Part shown: piece by piece, positions 19,171 through 29,325 of the stretch
Layout: each line of letters opens with the position of its first letter
Numbering within the stretch: position 1 is the stretch's first letter
Source of the DNA: an uncultured Candidatus Izemoplasmatales bacterium
GTDB taxonomy: Bacteria; Bacillota_I; Bacilli_A; Izemoplasmatales; Hujiaoplasmataceae
Assembly: GCA_964557695.1 (NCBI GenBank)
Contig: CAZLAQ010000009.1
Coordinates: forward strand, 58-64,057
Direction of reading: 5' to 3'
Length of the DNA stretch: 64,000 nucleotides
Program-made: the position numbers and the translations under genes
Notes under the pieces: generated by a model
Seen by the model: the letters and a program-made list of their open reading frames with translations, nothing else
Database searches by the model: none
What the model was told of the DNA's origin: nothing

Positions 19171-19974
19171 TTATTTTCCCCTTTCTAGTGTTTGGCTTAT
19201 GAGTCCGTACGTATATCCTTTCCTTTGTAGAGCCTGGAGTATTTTATACTTTTTTTCATCATCGGAAAAACCAAGTCTTGAATATTTTTTTTCTATAAGT
19301 GTATAGTCTTTTTTGATTTGTTCTTCCTCATTGATGAGCTTTGAGAAATCCTGCTTTCTAATCGCGAGGATTTCGTTGATTTCCGCGAAATCGTAGCCTT
19401 TGGCATATAAATATTGTTTCATTTCTAATTCGGCTTTTTTTAGCGAAGAAGCTCGTAAAGACGGAAGTTTTTTTTCGAACAAATAATTGAGATTTTCCGC
19501 GACTTCATTTGTGCTAATCATGGAAAGCCTTGCAAAAATCAATTCTGTGGAAAAACCTTTATTACGCAAATCATACTCGATTTTCTTCATACCGTAATGC
19601 TTGTCGAAAAAGAAATTTCCGACCAATTTATCAATTGCTTCTCTATCATCAATCAAATGGAGTTTTTCAAGTTTAGCAATTATTTTGTTTTGTTGGTCAT
19701 ATGTCAGATTCAGCGCTTCCAAATACTTCCTAGTTTCTTTCTGAGAGCGATATTTGCCGATAACATAACGTTTTGCTTTTTGAATGAAGGTGTCAAGTTC
19801 AAGATCAATCAGAAACTTTTTATAAAGTTCAGGACTCAATTCTTTGTCTTTTACGAGCCTGTATTCGACAACAAGATCCTCGGAAATATCGCATACAAAA
19901 TCATCGGAAGCTTCGATTTGAAATGTTATTTCATATTTCTTTTTTTTTGCTTTGAGGCGTTTCACCTTGGGCAT
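19171..19974 (-). CDS. recX: RecX family regulatory protein
   Basis: Repeated three-helix RecX-like modules (..RKYLEALNL.., ..DLRNKGFS.., ..LYAKGYDF.., ..LQRKGYTY..). Start at MPKVKRL, nt 19974. Confidence 0.7.
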   Translation of the reverse strand: MPKVKRLKAKKKKYEITFQIEASDDFVCDISEDLVVEYRLVKDKELSPELYKKFLIDLELDTFIQKAKRYVIGKYRSQKETRKYLEALNLTYDQQNKIIAKLEKLHLIDDREAIDKLVGNFFFDKHYGMKKIEYDLRNKGFSTELIFARLSMISTNEVAENLNYLFEKKLPSLRASSLKKAELEMKQYLYAKGYDFAEINEILAIRKQDFSKLINEEEQIKKDYTLIEKKYSRLGFSDDEKKYKILQALQRKGYTYGLISQTLERGK

Positions 19975-20875
19975 TTTTGATAAACACCTCTTCTCTTGTG
20001 GACCATTCACCGTGAATCTCCGAAGCCGGAGTCACATAGACAAAAGCTTTGGGATCTGCCATGGTGATAATATTCCTCACGTACATATATTCATTGTTTT
20101 GGATGACCATTATCAGCATCGTCTTCTCTGATTCCGTAAAACCACCCAAACTTTTGATCTCAGTCATACCCCGGCTAAAGCCTGAAAATATGGCTGCTTT
20201 GACTACTTTTGGAAAATCCGTGATGATATGTACCGCTTTTTTGGATTGCAATCCCAGCAAAAAGGTATCTGCGACTTTTCCGGACAGAAAAACGATTACT
20301 AAAGCATAAAGCGCATTGATAAACCCGGCCCCGATGCCTTCTGGAGAAGTCAAGGCTCCGAGCAAAATAACAGAGGAATCGACAATATATAAGCACACAG
20401 CCAATGATAGGGTTGTGTATTTTTTCAAGATCTTGATAGGAATATCTGTTCCGCCGGTGGTGCCGCCGTAATGGATGACGATTGCGAAACCGACTCCGAT
20501 CAAGCCACCTGCATAAAGCGAAGCGAGCAAAAGCTCGTCAGGGCCGAAGGTCGGATTAACAATCGTAAATTCAAAGATAGCGAGAAACAGCGGAAAAAGG
20601 AGCGAGCCGTAGATGCTCCGGAAAAATTCCTTTTTTCCCAAAAACAATAGAGCCAGCAAAAGAAACACCATGCTGAAAATTAAGGCAAAAGCTGATATCG
20701 GGACGTTGGCAAAATATCTCTGGAATACCATTGCGATACCTGTGACACCGCCAGTGACTATGCCTGAAGGTATGACAAAAAAATAGAAGGCTACCGCCAT
20801 GATAAACACACCGAAAGTCAGAAAAAAGTACTGCTCGAGCCGGCCGATACGCCGCATCGGTTTGTTATTAATCAT
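19931..20875 (-). CDS. YitT family membrane protein (DUF2179 C-terminal domain)
   Basis: Motifs GGVTGIAMV and GGTTGGTDI. ATG at 20875 lies 5 nt after AGGAGG. The 3' end overlaps the recX start by 44 nt. Confidence 0.8.
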   Translation of the reverse strand: MINNKPMRRIGRLEQYFFLTFGVFIMAVAFYFFVIPSGIVTGGVTGIAMVFQRYFANVPISAFALIFSMVFLLLALLFLGKKEFFRSIYGSLLFPLFLAIFEFTIVNPTFGPDELLLASLYAGGLIGVGFAIVIHYGGTTGGTDIPIKILKKYTTLSLAVCLYIVDSSVILLGALTSPEGIGAGFINALYALVIVFLSGKVADTFLLGLQSKKAVHIITDFPKVVKAAIFSGFSRGMTEIKSLGGFTESEKTMLIMVIQNNEYMYVRNIITMADPKAFVYVTPASEIHGEWSTREEVFIKNAQGETPQSKKKEI

Positions 20876-20889
20876 AGGCACCTCCTAAA

Positions 20890-21987
20890 TTATTTCTTTG
20901 TTTTTAACAAATATGCATGGATGAACTCATCAAGGTCACCATCCATCACTTTTCCAGTTGCTCCCGTTTCGACAAGGGTTCTATGGTCCTTGACCATCGA
21001 ATAGGGATGAAAAACATATGAGCGTATCTGTGAGCCAAAGGCATTGGATACGTTAGTCGTGGACAGTTGGTCGATCTCTTGCTGTTTCTTTTCAAGTTCA
21101 AGTTGGTAAAGTTTGCCTTTCAAAACCCGCAAGGCAGTCTCACGGTTTTGTAATTGGCTTCTTTCATTTTGACATGTTACGACGGTTTTGGTCGGCAAAT
21201 GTGTAATTCTTACTGCGGAATCGGTCGTGTTTACGCTTTGTCCGCCGTTTCCAGAAGATCGATATGTGTCGATTTTCAAATCTTGGTCGTCGATTTCGAC
21301 ATCGATGGAATCATCGATTTCCGGAACAACAGAAACTGAGGCAAAAGATGTGTGTCTTCTGCCTGAAGCGTCAAATGGCGATATTCTCACGAGGCGGTGG
21401 ACTCCTGATTCAGCTTTTAGATAGCCATAGGCATTTGTACCGGAAACAAGCATTGTCGCCGATTTCAAACCTGCTTCCTCGCCATCCAAATAATCCAAAA
21501 TAGTTATTTTATAGCCACTTGCTTCCGCCCATCTTGTGTACATCCTCAAAAGCATCTGTGCCCAATCTTGAGACTCGGTGCCCCCGGCTCCGGGGTGAAA
21601 CTCTATGATAGCGTTCAATTTATCATAAGGCTTGTCTAGCAACATTTTGATAGTCATCAATTCATTTTTTTTATCAAACTTTTTGATCAACTTTTCTGCT
21701 TCTGACAAATCGATGTCCTCACCTGCTAATACAAGTTCATATGTCAGCTCCAAAGTATCAAGAATATCCTTAATTTCGTCAAATTCCTCGACGATCGCTT
21801 TGGTTTCGTTTTGTTCCTTGATTACTTTCTGAGCTGCTTTTGTATCCGACCAAAAATCCGGAGCGATTGTTTTTTCTCCCAGATTCTTCAGTATCTTCTG
21901 TTGTTTCTCGATCGACACAGTATCTTTTAGAGCATTGAAGCTCTCATTTAGTTCTCCTAGTTTTGTTTTCAGCTCCAGATGATTCAT
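20890..21987 (-). CDS. prfB: Peptide chain release factor 2 (single uninterrupted frame)
   Basis: SPF tripeptide (RISPFDASGRRHTSF) and GGQ (SSGNGGQSVN). ATG at 21987 after AAGGAG. No frameshift is needed. Confidence 0.93.
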   Translation of the reverse strand: MNHLELKTKLGELNESFNALKDTVSIEKQQKILKNLGEKTIAPDFWSDTKAAQKVIKEQNETKAIVEEFDEIKDILDTLELTYELVLAGEDIDLSEAEKLIKKFDKKNELMTIKMLLDKPYDKLNAIIEFHPGAGGTESQDWAQMLLRMYTRWAEASGYKITILDYLDGEEAGLKSATMLVSGTNAYGYLKAESGVHRLVRISPFDASGRRHTSFASVSVVPEIDDSIDVEIDDQDLKIDTYRSSGNGGQSVNTTDSAVRITHLPTKTVVTCQNERSQLQNRETALRVLKGKLYQLELEKKQQEIDQLSTTNVSNAFGSQIRSYVFHPYSMVKDHRTLVETGATGKVMDGDLDEFIHAYLLKTKK

Positions 21988-22003
21988 TTTGTCTCCTTGT
22001 GTT

Positions 22004-24487
22004 TTATTGATTTTTGCCGTGACAATATTTGTATTTTTTGCCGCTTCCGCAAGGGCATGGGTCGTTCCGGCCAACTTTTTGCATTACTTTTATAGGTTGT
22101 TTCTTCTTGGTTTCCTCTTCTTTACCGGAAGATGTGAATACAGGTTTAGCAACTTGGACACGTTCTGTGTTCTGCCTGACTTGGGCTTTCAATACGAATC
22201 TTGTAACATCATTTTGAATGCTTTCAACCATGGTTTCAAACATTCTGAAACCCATATCCTGGTATTCTCGGAAAGGATTGATCTGCCCATAACTTTGGAG
22301 TGTGACTGATTGTCTGAGTTCGCTCATAGCGTCAATATGTTGTACCCAGTAAGTATCGACAACTCTCAAAGTGACAGCTTTAAGAAAATCATTGTAGGCT
22401 TTTTCTCCAGCTAATGCTTTTTTGTTCTCAACTTCCTTATTGAATTGGTCCAAGACGTATTCAGCGATAATTTCTTCTGAAGCGATGATTTTCGGATCAA
22501 TCGCATCTTTGGCGAAGAATTTGTTCAAAATATTATACAATTCCTCGCGATTGTCAGGATGCTCAGCGATGATCCTTTTCAGACTGGTTTCAATCATCTG
22601 ACTGACAATTTCCTCGATCGAGTCCAAAAACAGAACATCAGTTCTCTGAGAATAGATGATCTCCCTTTGACGGCGCAAGACCTCATCATATTGCAACACT
22701 GTTTTCCGGCGATCGAAGTTGTTCCCCTCAATTTGGGTTTGTGCTCTTTGCACAAGTTTGGAAAACATGCCATATTCAAGCGGTTCTTCCGTACCGGTGC
22801 CTTTTTGAATTGTGACCATCGATATCATCCGTTTGAAACGGTCACCACCAAAACGGCGCAAAAGGTCATCGTCCGCGGATAGAAAGAATCTGGAATAACC
22901 CGGGTCGCCTTGACGTCCGCTACGGCCACGCAACTGATTGTCGATACGCCTTGACTCATGACGTTCGGTACCGATAACAGCAAGACCTCCAAGTTCAACA
23001 ATTCCTTGTCCAAGTTTGATGTCGGTTCCACGTCCGGCCATGTTGGTTGCGATGGTCACAGATCCACGTTGTCCAGCTTTGGCGACGATTTCTGCCTCGC
23101 GTTCATGTTGCTTGGCATTCAATACGTCATGTTTTACACCTTTTTTCTTTAGCAGGCTGGAAAGCAGTTCGGAACTTTCGATTGAAATCGTACCGACTAA
23201 CATCGGTTGTCCAAGTTTGTGCCTTCTCTCGATTTCCTCTGCAAGCGCTTTGTATTTTGCCTGCATGGTCGCAAAGATAAGATCGTTGTCATCGGTTCTG
23301 ATTACCGGTTCGTTGGTAGGAATCTCGATGACGTACATGTTATAGATATTGCGAAATTCTTCTTCCTCAGTCTTTGCAGTACCGGTCATTCCGGACAATT
23401 TCTTGTACATCCGGAAATAGTTTTGGAAGGTAATCGTCGCAAGCACCGTTGTTTCTTTCTTGATTTCAACAGCTTCTTTTGCTTCTAAGGCTTGGTGAAG
23501 CCCTTCCGAAAACTGTCGTCCATGCATGAGTCGACCAGTAAATGGATCGACGATGATGACTTTGCCTTCCTGAACAACATAGTCGATGTCTTTTGTCATG
23601 ATAAAATTGGCTCTCAAAGCATTATTGATGTGATGCAACAATGTGACATTGGTTACATCGTAAAGATTTTCGAGATTGAAGTGACCCTCGGCCGTTTTGA
23701 TTCCTGATTCCAATAGACCGATCGACTTGTCCTTGATATCGATTTGGAAATCTTCGTCCTCTTTGAGTCTGATCGCAAAATAATTGGCATTCTGATACAA
23801 TTCCGCCGTATTCTTTTCGCCACCGGAAATGATTAAAGGCGTTCTCGCTTCATCAACCAAAATCGAGTCAACCTCATCAATGATCGCAAAATTGAGGGGT
23901 CTTTGGACAATTGCTTCTTTGTAGATAACCATATGATCCCGCAAATAGTCGAACCCCAGTTCATTGTTGGTCGAGTAAAGGATATCGCAATTATATACGG
24001 CTCTTTTTTCTTCAGGAGTCAAATCACGGATATTGAGGCCGACAGTCAAACCGAGAAAACGAAACAAATCACCGATTTCTCCATTCACTTCACGTCCGGC
24101 CAAATATTCATTGACGGTTACGATATGGACTCCTCCTCCTCCGATAGCGTTCAAATAAGCGGGCATGACAGCGGTCAAGGTTTTTCCTTCACCAGTCTTC
24201 ATTTCCGCGATGTTGCCTTCATGGATGACGATTGCGCCCATAACCTGGACTTTGAAAGGCGTCATGCCAGTAACCCTGGTTGAAGCCTCTCTGACGGTGG
24301 CAAATGCCTCCGCCAACAAAGATTCTAACGATTCTCCGTTACTGAATCGCTCTTTGAATTCTTTGGTTTTCGCTTGAAGTTCTTCATCGGTCAACGTCTT
24401 GAATTCATTTTCCCGATCGAGAACTAGTTGAGCTGTTTTTTCCAGCTTTTTCAATGCTCTTTTATTTGTGTCAAATAATTTAAACAA
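22004..24487 (-). CDS. secA: Preprotein translocase ATPase SecA
   Basis: Full-length SecA with the C-terminal zinc motif CPCGSGKKYKYCHGK. TTG start after AGAGGTGA. Confidence 0.95.
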   Translation of the reverse strand: MFKLFDTNKRALKKLEKTAQLVLDRENEFKTLTDEELQAKTKEFKERFSNGESLESLLAEAFATVREASTRVTGMTPFKVQVMGAIVIHEGNIAEMKTGEGKTLTAVMPAYLNAIGGGGVHIVTVNEYLAGREVNGEIGDLFRFLGLTVGLNIRDLTPEEKRAVYNCDILYSTNNELGFDYLRDHMVIYKEAIVQRPLNFAIIDEVDSILVDEARTPLIISGGEKNTAELYQNANYFAIRLKEDEDFQIDIKDKSIGLLESGIKTAEGHFNLENLYDVTNVTLLHHINNALRANFIMTKDIDYVVQEGKVIIVDPFTGRLMHGRQFSEGLHQALEAKEAVEIKKETTVLATITFQNYFRMYKKLSGMTGTAKTEEEEFRNIYNMYVIEIPTNEPVIRTDDNDLIFATMQAKYKALAEEIERRHKLGQPMLVGTISIESSELLSSLLKKKGVKHDVLNAKQHEREAEIVAKAGQRGSVTIATNMAGRGTDIKLGQGIVELGGLAVIGTERHESRRIDNQLRGRSGRQGDPGYSRFFLSADDDLLRRFGGDRFKRMISMVTIQKGTGTEEPLEYGMFSKLVQRAQTQIEGNNFDRRKTVLQYDEVLRRQREIIYSQRTDVLFLDSIEEIVSQMIETSLKRIIAEHPDNREELYNILNKFFAKDAIDPKIIASEEIIAEYVLDQFNKEVENKKALAGEKAYNDFLKAVTLRVVDTYWVQHIDAMSELRQSVTLQSYGQINPFREYQDMGFRMFETMVESIQNDVTRFVLKAQVRQNTERVQVAKPVFTSSGKEEETKKKQPIKVMQKVGRNDPCPCGSGKKYKYCHGKNQ

Positions 24488-24565
24488 AGTAGTTCACCTC
24501 TTCACTTACATCCATAATCATACCACAAAATAGCCAACACATACAACAGATTTGTTAAGGGGTAT

Positions 24566-24592
24566 TAAAAAAAGTGACCTTAAAGGTCACTT
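24566..24592 (-). terminator. Intrinsic terminator after hpf
   Basis: AGTGACCT-ttaa-AGGTCACT hairpin followed by U7 in minus sense. Confidence 0.7.
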
Positions 24593-24600
24593 GGTTTGGT

Positions 24601-25137
24601 TTAGTAAGTTTCAATCAATCCGTATTTGCCATCGTCTCTGAGATACAACACGCAAACGTCCTTATCCTCATTTCGGTAGATGAAGAAATCGTGCCCGAGC
24701 AATTCCATTTGAGTGATCGCTTCATCAAGAGAAAGCATATCTAGTTGGATCCGCTTCTTCTTGATCGGTGAGATCAACTCCTTTTCAAGTAGTTCCAAAT
24801 CGAGTTCGTCGTTTTTAAATGCCTCCCTTAATCCGATTTTTTCTTGCAAGCTGCGATTCATTTTGTGTTTGTTCTTCCGAATTTGCGCTTCGAGCTTGTC
24901 GACGGCTTTGTCAATCGCAGCGTATAAATCCTTGTCTTCGACTTCTGCTCTGATTGTAATGAATTTAATGGGGATGGTAATTTCAACTTTGGTAAGTTCC
25001 TTGTAAATCTTGCATACTGCGAATGCTTCGAGTTCCTCGGAGAATACTTTCTCCACTTTTTTGAGTTTCTTTTCGAAATACAGTCTGATTGCCTCTGTTA
25101 TTTCAAAACCGCTTTTGCCTCTCACATCGAGTTTCAT
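24601..25137 (-). CDS. hpf: Ribosome hibernation promoting factor (long form)
   Basis: S30AE/HPF N-domain plus a C-terminal dimerisation domain (FFIYRNEDKDVCVLYLRDDGKYGLIE). ATG at 25137 after AAGGAG. Confidence 0.9.
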   Translation of the reverse strand: MKLDVRGKSGFEITEAIRLYFEKKLKKVEKVFSEELEAFAVCKIYKELTKVEITIPIKFITIRAEVEDKDLYAAIDKAVDKLEAQIRKNKHKMNRSLQEKIGLREAFKNDELDLELLEKELISPIKKKRIQLDMLSLDEAITQMELLGHDFFIYRNEDKDVCVLYLRDDGKYGLIETY

Positions 25138-25171
25138 TCTCATCACTCCTTTTCGTATTAAATCCAATTTC

Positions 25172-25200
25172 ATTATAACACCTTGCAAGAATGAAGTAAA
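25172..25200 (-). promoter_or_regulatory. Putative promoter for hpf (TTTACT-17-TGtTATAAT)
   Basis: Extended -10 TGTTATAAT and a 4/6 -35 match in minus sense. Confidence 0.45.
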
Positions 25201-25226
25201 TATTAGGGGCCTTTTTTTTAAAATAA

Positions 25227-25619
25227 TCACAATAACATCGCAAATATTTCGAAATCAAATCTGTAATTGGAAAAAATCATTATTTTGTTAAATAATAATA
25301 CGATAAAACCCCACTTGGTAAAATTAAGAAATTCCGCCTTTTCCATGAATAAAATTAGTTCATATTCATTTTGTTGTGAAATCGCCAAGTTAAGGGGTTT
25401 GTCAATCATGGTATCATAAACAATATCCATAGCAAAATCATGGTATTCAATATCCCTAAAATAGTAGTATTCAATGATTCCCCCTTGATAGGGAATACAT
25501 TCATAAAGCAGATTTGCTTCATGTATTCTTTTACATTTGCGACATGAAAACTCTGCTTTAAAAAGACTTGAGAATTCTAGGTTTGAAGAAAAAAATTTCC
25601 CGCAGAATCGGCACTTCAT
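25227..25619 (-). CDS. ComFC-position zinc-ribbon protein lacking a recognisable phosphoribosyltransferase domain
   Basis: 130 aa. CxxC...CxxC at the N-terminus (CRFCGK...CRKCKR). Start overlaps the comFA stop by 4 nt. No PRPP-binding loop is visible. Confidence 0.4.
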   Translation of the reverse strand: MKCRFCGKFFSSNLEFSSLFKAEFSCRKCKRIHEANLLYECIPYQGGIIEYYYFRDIEYHDFAMDIVYDTMIDKPLNLAISQQNEYELILFMEKAEFLNFTKWGFIVLLFNKIMIFSNYRFDFEIFAMLL

Positions 25620-26842
25620 TCTCTGTCTCTTATCATTTTGTTCAGTTGTCTAATCTCTTTTCTTGCCTCTATCATCGCCTTTGAAACATACTCAGAGAAA
25701 AAGCAGATTTCTCCACTGGGATAGTCTTTGAATCTTCCCACCCGTCCACATATTTGGATCAATACCGATTTTGTAAAAATCAAGGCGTCCGAATACAGAA
25801 CTCCGACCTGCACGTTCTTGAAAGTAACACCTCTTTCAAGGATAGTCGTTGTAATCATGATGTCGGTCCGTTTGCGTTGAAAGTCTCTAAGACAATTATC
25901 TTTATTCCATGATGCGCTGGAGATGTTATCTGACTTATATCCTGCCTGTTTCATAATTCTTGCCAAGCAAAGACCGATCGATATTGTTGGTACGAACAAA
26001 AATACGGAAAGGTTATTCTTAATCCATCGATCAAGGATCTGAGTAATTGTTTCCGGAATCTTATTTGTTTTTATCATCGTTTTAATGTTCTCAACCTGGA
26101 TAAACTGAGGTTCATCCAAAAAGCCATTATGGAACCTTGATGGAGATAGATGATAATTTGCGTTGCAAACGTCAATTTCATTTGGATCAATAGTTGCGGA
26201 CATTTGGATTAAGATACCACCCGGTCGCAATGCTTTATGCACAAGTCTTTTCAGATATTCATTGAAAGCATACGGATAAGCATCAGCCTCGTCAAGGATT
26301 ATAAGATCAAATTCATGTAAATAGTTGATCAATTGATGGATTGTGGAGATTACAAGCTGCGCCCCTTCGTCATCTTTGTTGTTTTGATGCAATGCCTTGA
26401 TGGTAGTCGAAGGAAAATATGTTTTAAACCTTTTTGAGAGTTCGATCACTATTTCTTTCCGGGGGATCGCAAAACAGATTTTCATCTCATGATTGAGTGC
26501 ATAAATAATCCCAGCATATGTCATCTCGGTTTTTCCAGCTCCACAGACTGCATGCAAGATGCCGTTTTGGCCGTTTTTTATCAGCTCAAGCAAAAAGGAG
26601 CTTCCTTTTTCCTGTTCTTGAGAAAGTTCAAAAGGAAATTTCAGGATATGTTTCCTGCTTTCTATTTCACGAAAGAAACGGTAGAGGGTTTCTCCCTCAA
26701 CCGCATGACAATCAGGGCAAGTCAAACGACCATAGATATCGTAAATCAAGTAATCGGACTGACACCGGTTGCATAAGTTATCGGAGATTGCTTTGATAGA
26801 TTCAGAATAAGATCTTGGTGACTTTCCGTATTTTTCGCGCAT
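25616..26842 (-). CDS. comFA: ComFA-like DEAD/DEAH-box helicase
   Basis: N-terminal Cys cluster, Walker A AVCGAGKTEM, ILDEADAY box, helicase C motifs. Conserved position upstream of hpf-secA-prfB. Confidence 0.8.
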   Translation of the reverse strand: MREKYGKSPRSYSESIKAISDNLCNRCQSDYLIYDIYGRLTCPDCHAVEGETLYRFFREIESRKHILKFPFELSQEQEKGSSFLLELIKNGQNGILHAVCGAGKTEMTYAGIIYALNHEMKICFAIPRKEIVIELSKRFKTYFPSTTIKALHQNNKDDEGAQLVISTIHQLINYLHEFDLIILDEADAYPYAFNEYLKRLVHKALRPGGILIQMSATIDPNEIDVCNANYHLSPSRFHNGFLDEPQFIQVENIKTMIKTNKIPETITQILDRWIKNNLSVFLFVPTISIGLCLARIMKQAGYKSDNISSASWNKDNCLRDFQRKRTDIMITTTILERGVTFKNVQVGVLYSDALIFTKSVLIQICGRVGRFKDYPSGEICFFSEYVSKAMIEARKEIRQLNKMIRDRE

Positions 26843-26844
26843 TT

Positions 26845-26883
26845 AAAACACCCATTAGAATTTTACGTCTTGATGGGTGTTTT
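26845..26883 (-). terminator. Putative terminator after leuS
   Basis: ACACCCAT/ATGGGTGT stem with a 17-nt loop, extended by A/U pairs. The U-tract is only moderate in minus sense. Confidence 0.45.
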
Positions 26884-26888
26884 TTCTT

Positions 26889-29309
26889 TTATATGACTAT
26901 GTTAACCAATTTATTGGGGACAACAATTACTTTACGAACCACGTTGCCTGACAACAATTCCTGAATTTTAGGAAGCGCTCTTGCCATACTCTCCATCGCA
27001 CTTGACTCAAGATTATTGGGAATCATCATCTTATCCTTGACTTTTCCATTGATGCTTACGACAACCTCGATCACATCCTCGATTAGTTTGCTAGCATCAT
27101 ATTCTGGCCAAGCTGCATTAACCAACATTTCATTATGACCAAGCTTTGAGTATAGTTCTTCCGCCAGATGCGGCGCAAACGGATTAACAAGTTTCAACAA
27201 AGTTTCGAACTCAGCGTATGTAATAACTTCTTTTTGCGTAAACTCGTTGGTTAAAGTCATCAGTTTTGCAATCGCTGTATTGAATTTCAAATTTTCAATA
27301 TCATCTGAAACACCCTTGATCGTCTTATGAACCAAACCCAAGGTATCATCAGAATAAAAGGGATCATCATTTACTTTGGGTAAAAGTCGCCAGACTTTGT
27401 CCAAAAATCTCCTACAGCCTTTGACGCCGTTTACGTTCCAGGGTGTGGGCATATCATAATCACCGATGAATAGAATGTACGCTCTTAAGGTGTCAGCCCC
27501 GAATTCGTTGATGATTTCCATCGGATTGATGACATTGTCTTTTGATTTTGACATTTTTTCATTGTCGGCGCCAAGAATCATGCCTTGAGCAGTCCTTTTT
27601 TTATAAGGTTCGCGATTTGGGACTTCGCCGATATCGAACAGAAACTGGTTCCAGAATCTTGAATAGATCAAGTGTCTGGTCACATGTTCCATGCCACCGT
27701 TGTACCAATCAACCTGTCCCCAGTAGTCAAGTTTCTCAGGAGAAGCAAATACTTCCTTGTTGCCAGGATCCATGTAGCGAAGGAAATACCAACTTGACCC
27801 GGCCCATTGTGGCATTGTATCAGTTTCCCTTTTTGCGGGTTTATGACATTTAGGACAAGTACAATTGACAAATTCGGGGATGTTTGCCAATGGGCTTTCC
27901 CCGGTTTCAGTCGGAAGGAATTCCTCGACGATTGGTAATTTAACTGGCAAATCCTCATAAGGGACTGGAACGACACCACAATCCTCGCAGTAAATAATCG
28001 GAATCGGTTCTCCCCAATACCTTTGCCTATTGAATGCCCAATCCTTCATTTTGAATTGCATTGCCTTGTTTCCAAGACTGTTTTTTTCCAGGAAGTCATT
28101 GATCTTTTCTTTTGCCTCTGGAACGGATAATCCATTGAGGATGTCACTGTTGACGAGGATTCCTGACTCCGTGTCAGTGTATGCTGCTTGGGACAAGTCC
28201 CCGCCTTGAATGACTTCAACGATTTCGAGAAAGTATTTTTGTGCAAATTCATAATCCCTGTCGTCGTGTCCCGGAACAGCCATGATGGCTCCTGTTCCGT
28301 AAGTGATCATCACGTAATCGGCAATGAATATCGGCATTGATTTATGATTCAGTGGATTGATAGCACTTATTCCTTCGATTTTGATTCCAGTTTTTTCCTT
28401 AACCAGCTGGACTCTTTCAAACTCGGTTTTCAGCCTGGATTTTTCAATATACTCATGGATCTCGTCCATGTTATGGATTTTAGCATGATACTTTTCAATA
28501 ATTGGATGTTCCGGTGCGATAACCATGAAAGTTGCGCCATAAATCGTATCCGGTCTTGTGGTAAAAACCTGTAGCTTGTCCTTGGAATCTGCAATGGGAA
28601 AATAGATATATGCTCCTTCGGATTTCCCAATCCATTTTTCCTGTTCCGTCTTGATCCTGGATGAAGATTCGAAATCATCAAGTCCTTTGAGCAGTTTGTC
28701 TGCGTAATCGGTAATCTTTAGAAACCAGACTTCTTTTTCTTTTTGAACGACTTCATGACCGCACCGATCACAAACTCCGCCTTGAGATTCTTCATTTGAA
28801 AGAACAACTTTGCAGTCGGGGCAAAAGTTGACATCGGTAGTGCTTTTATATACCAAGCCGTGTTCGAACATTTTTAAAAATATCCATTGGGTGAAACGGT
28901 AGTATTCCGGATCGGTTGTATCGACAAGCCGACTGAAATCAAATGAAAAACCGGTTGCTTTCAACTGGGCGGTAAATATTTCGATATTGTTATCGGTTAC
29001 GATTCTTGGATGAATCTGATGTTTAATCGCATAATTCTCCGTTGGAAGACCGAAAGCATCAAACCCGATGGGAAACAACACATTGTATCCTTCCATCCGT
29101 CTCTTTCGGGACACTACTTCCAATGACATGTAAGCGCGAATGTGACCGACATGCATTCCTTGACCCGAGGGATAGGGATATTCCACCAGATTGTAATACT
29201 TGGGCTTGTTATCAAAATCAATCCCTTTGAAGCAGTCTGATTCATACCAGCGTTTCTGCCATTTGCTTTCCAAAATCTGATGTTCGAAACTGGGAATGAA
29301 CTCACTCAT
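26889..29309 (-). CDS. leuS: Leucine--tRNA ligase
   Basis: HVGH (HMHVGHIRAY) and KMSKS motifs. 806 aa. Confidence 0.95.
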   Translation of the reverse strand: MSEFIPSFEHQILESKWQKRWYESDCFKGIDFDNKPKYYNLVEYPYPSGQGMHVGHIRAYMSLEVVSRKRRMEGYNVLFPIGFDAFGLPTENYAIKHQIHPRIVTDNNIEIFTAQLKATGFSFDFSRLVDTTDPEYYRFTQWIFLKMFEHGLVYKSTTDVNFCPDCKVVLSNEESQGGVCDRCGHEVVQKEKEVWFLKITDYADKLLKGLDDFESSSRIKTEQEKWIGKSEGAYIYFPIADSKDKLQVFTTRPDTIYGATFMVIAPEHPIIEKYHAKIHNMDEIHEYIEKSRLKTEFERVQLVKEKTGIKIEGISAINPLNHKSMPIFIADYVMITYGTGAIMAVPGHDDRDYEFAQKYFLEIVEVIQGGDLSQAAYTDTESGILVNSDILNGLSVPEAKEKINDFLEKNSLGNKAMQFKMKDWAFNRQRYWGEPIPIIYCEDCGVVPVPYEDLPVKLPIVEEFLPTETGESPLANIPEFVNCTCPKCHKPAKRETDTMPQWAGSSWYFLRYMDPGNKEVFASPEKLDYWGQVDWYNGGMEHVTRHLIYSRFWNQFLFDIGEVPNREPYKKRTAQGMILGADNEKMSKSKDNVINPMEIINEFGADTLRAYILFIGDYDMPTPWNVNGVKGCRRFLDKVWRLLPKVNDDPFYSDDTLGLVHKTIKGVSDDIENLKFNTAIAKLMTLTNEFTQKEVITYAEFETLLKLVNPFAPHLAEELYSKLGHNEMLVNAAWPEYDASKLIEDVIEVVVSINGKVKDKMMIPNNLESSAMESMARALPKIQELLSGNVVRKVIVVPNKLVNIVI

Positions 29310-29325
29310 ACAATTACCTCCTCTT

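Noticed and set aside
19931-19974. 44-nt overlap of the YitT-family gene and recX, containing an A9 tract (19940-19948), considered as a phase-variation switch
   Set aside because: The A-run encodes Lys residues in both frames (SKKKEI and KAKKKK). Runs of this length are common in this AT-rich genome, and nothing else suggests contingency behaviour.
20890-22074. Looked for the programmed +1 frameshift typical of prfB, and for the N-terminal extension shown in the ORF track
   Set aside because: RF2 is encoded in one continuous frame from the ATG at 21987 (AAGGAG SD), and no CUU-UGA slippery site is needed. The 29-codon track extension overlaps the secA 3' end and lacks an SD. The presence of RF2 mainly confirms the standard code, with TGA as stop.
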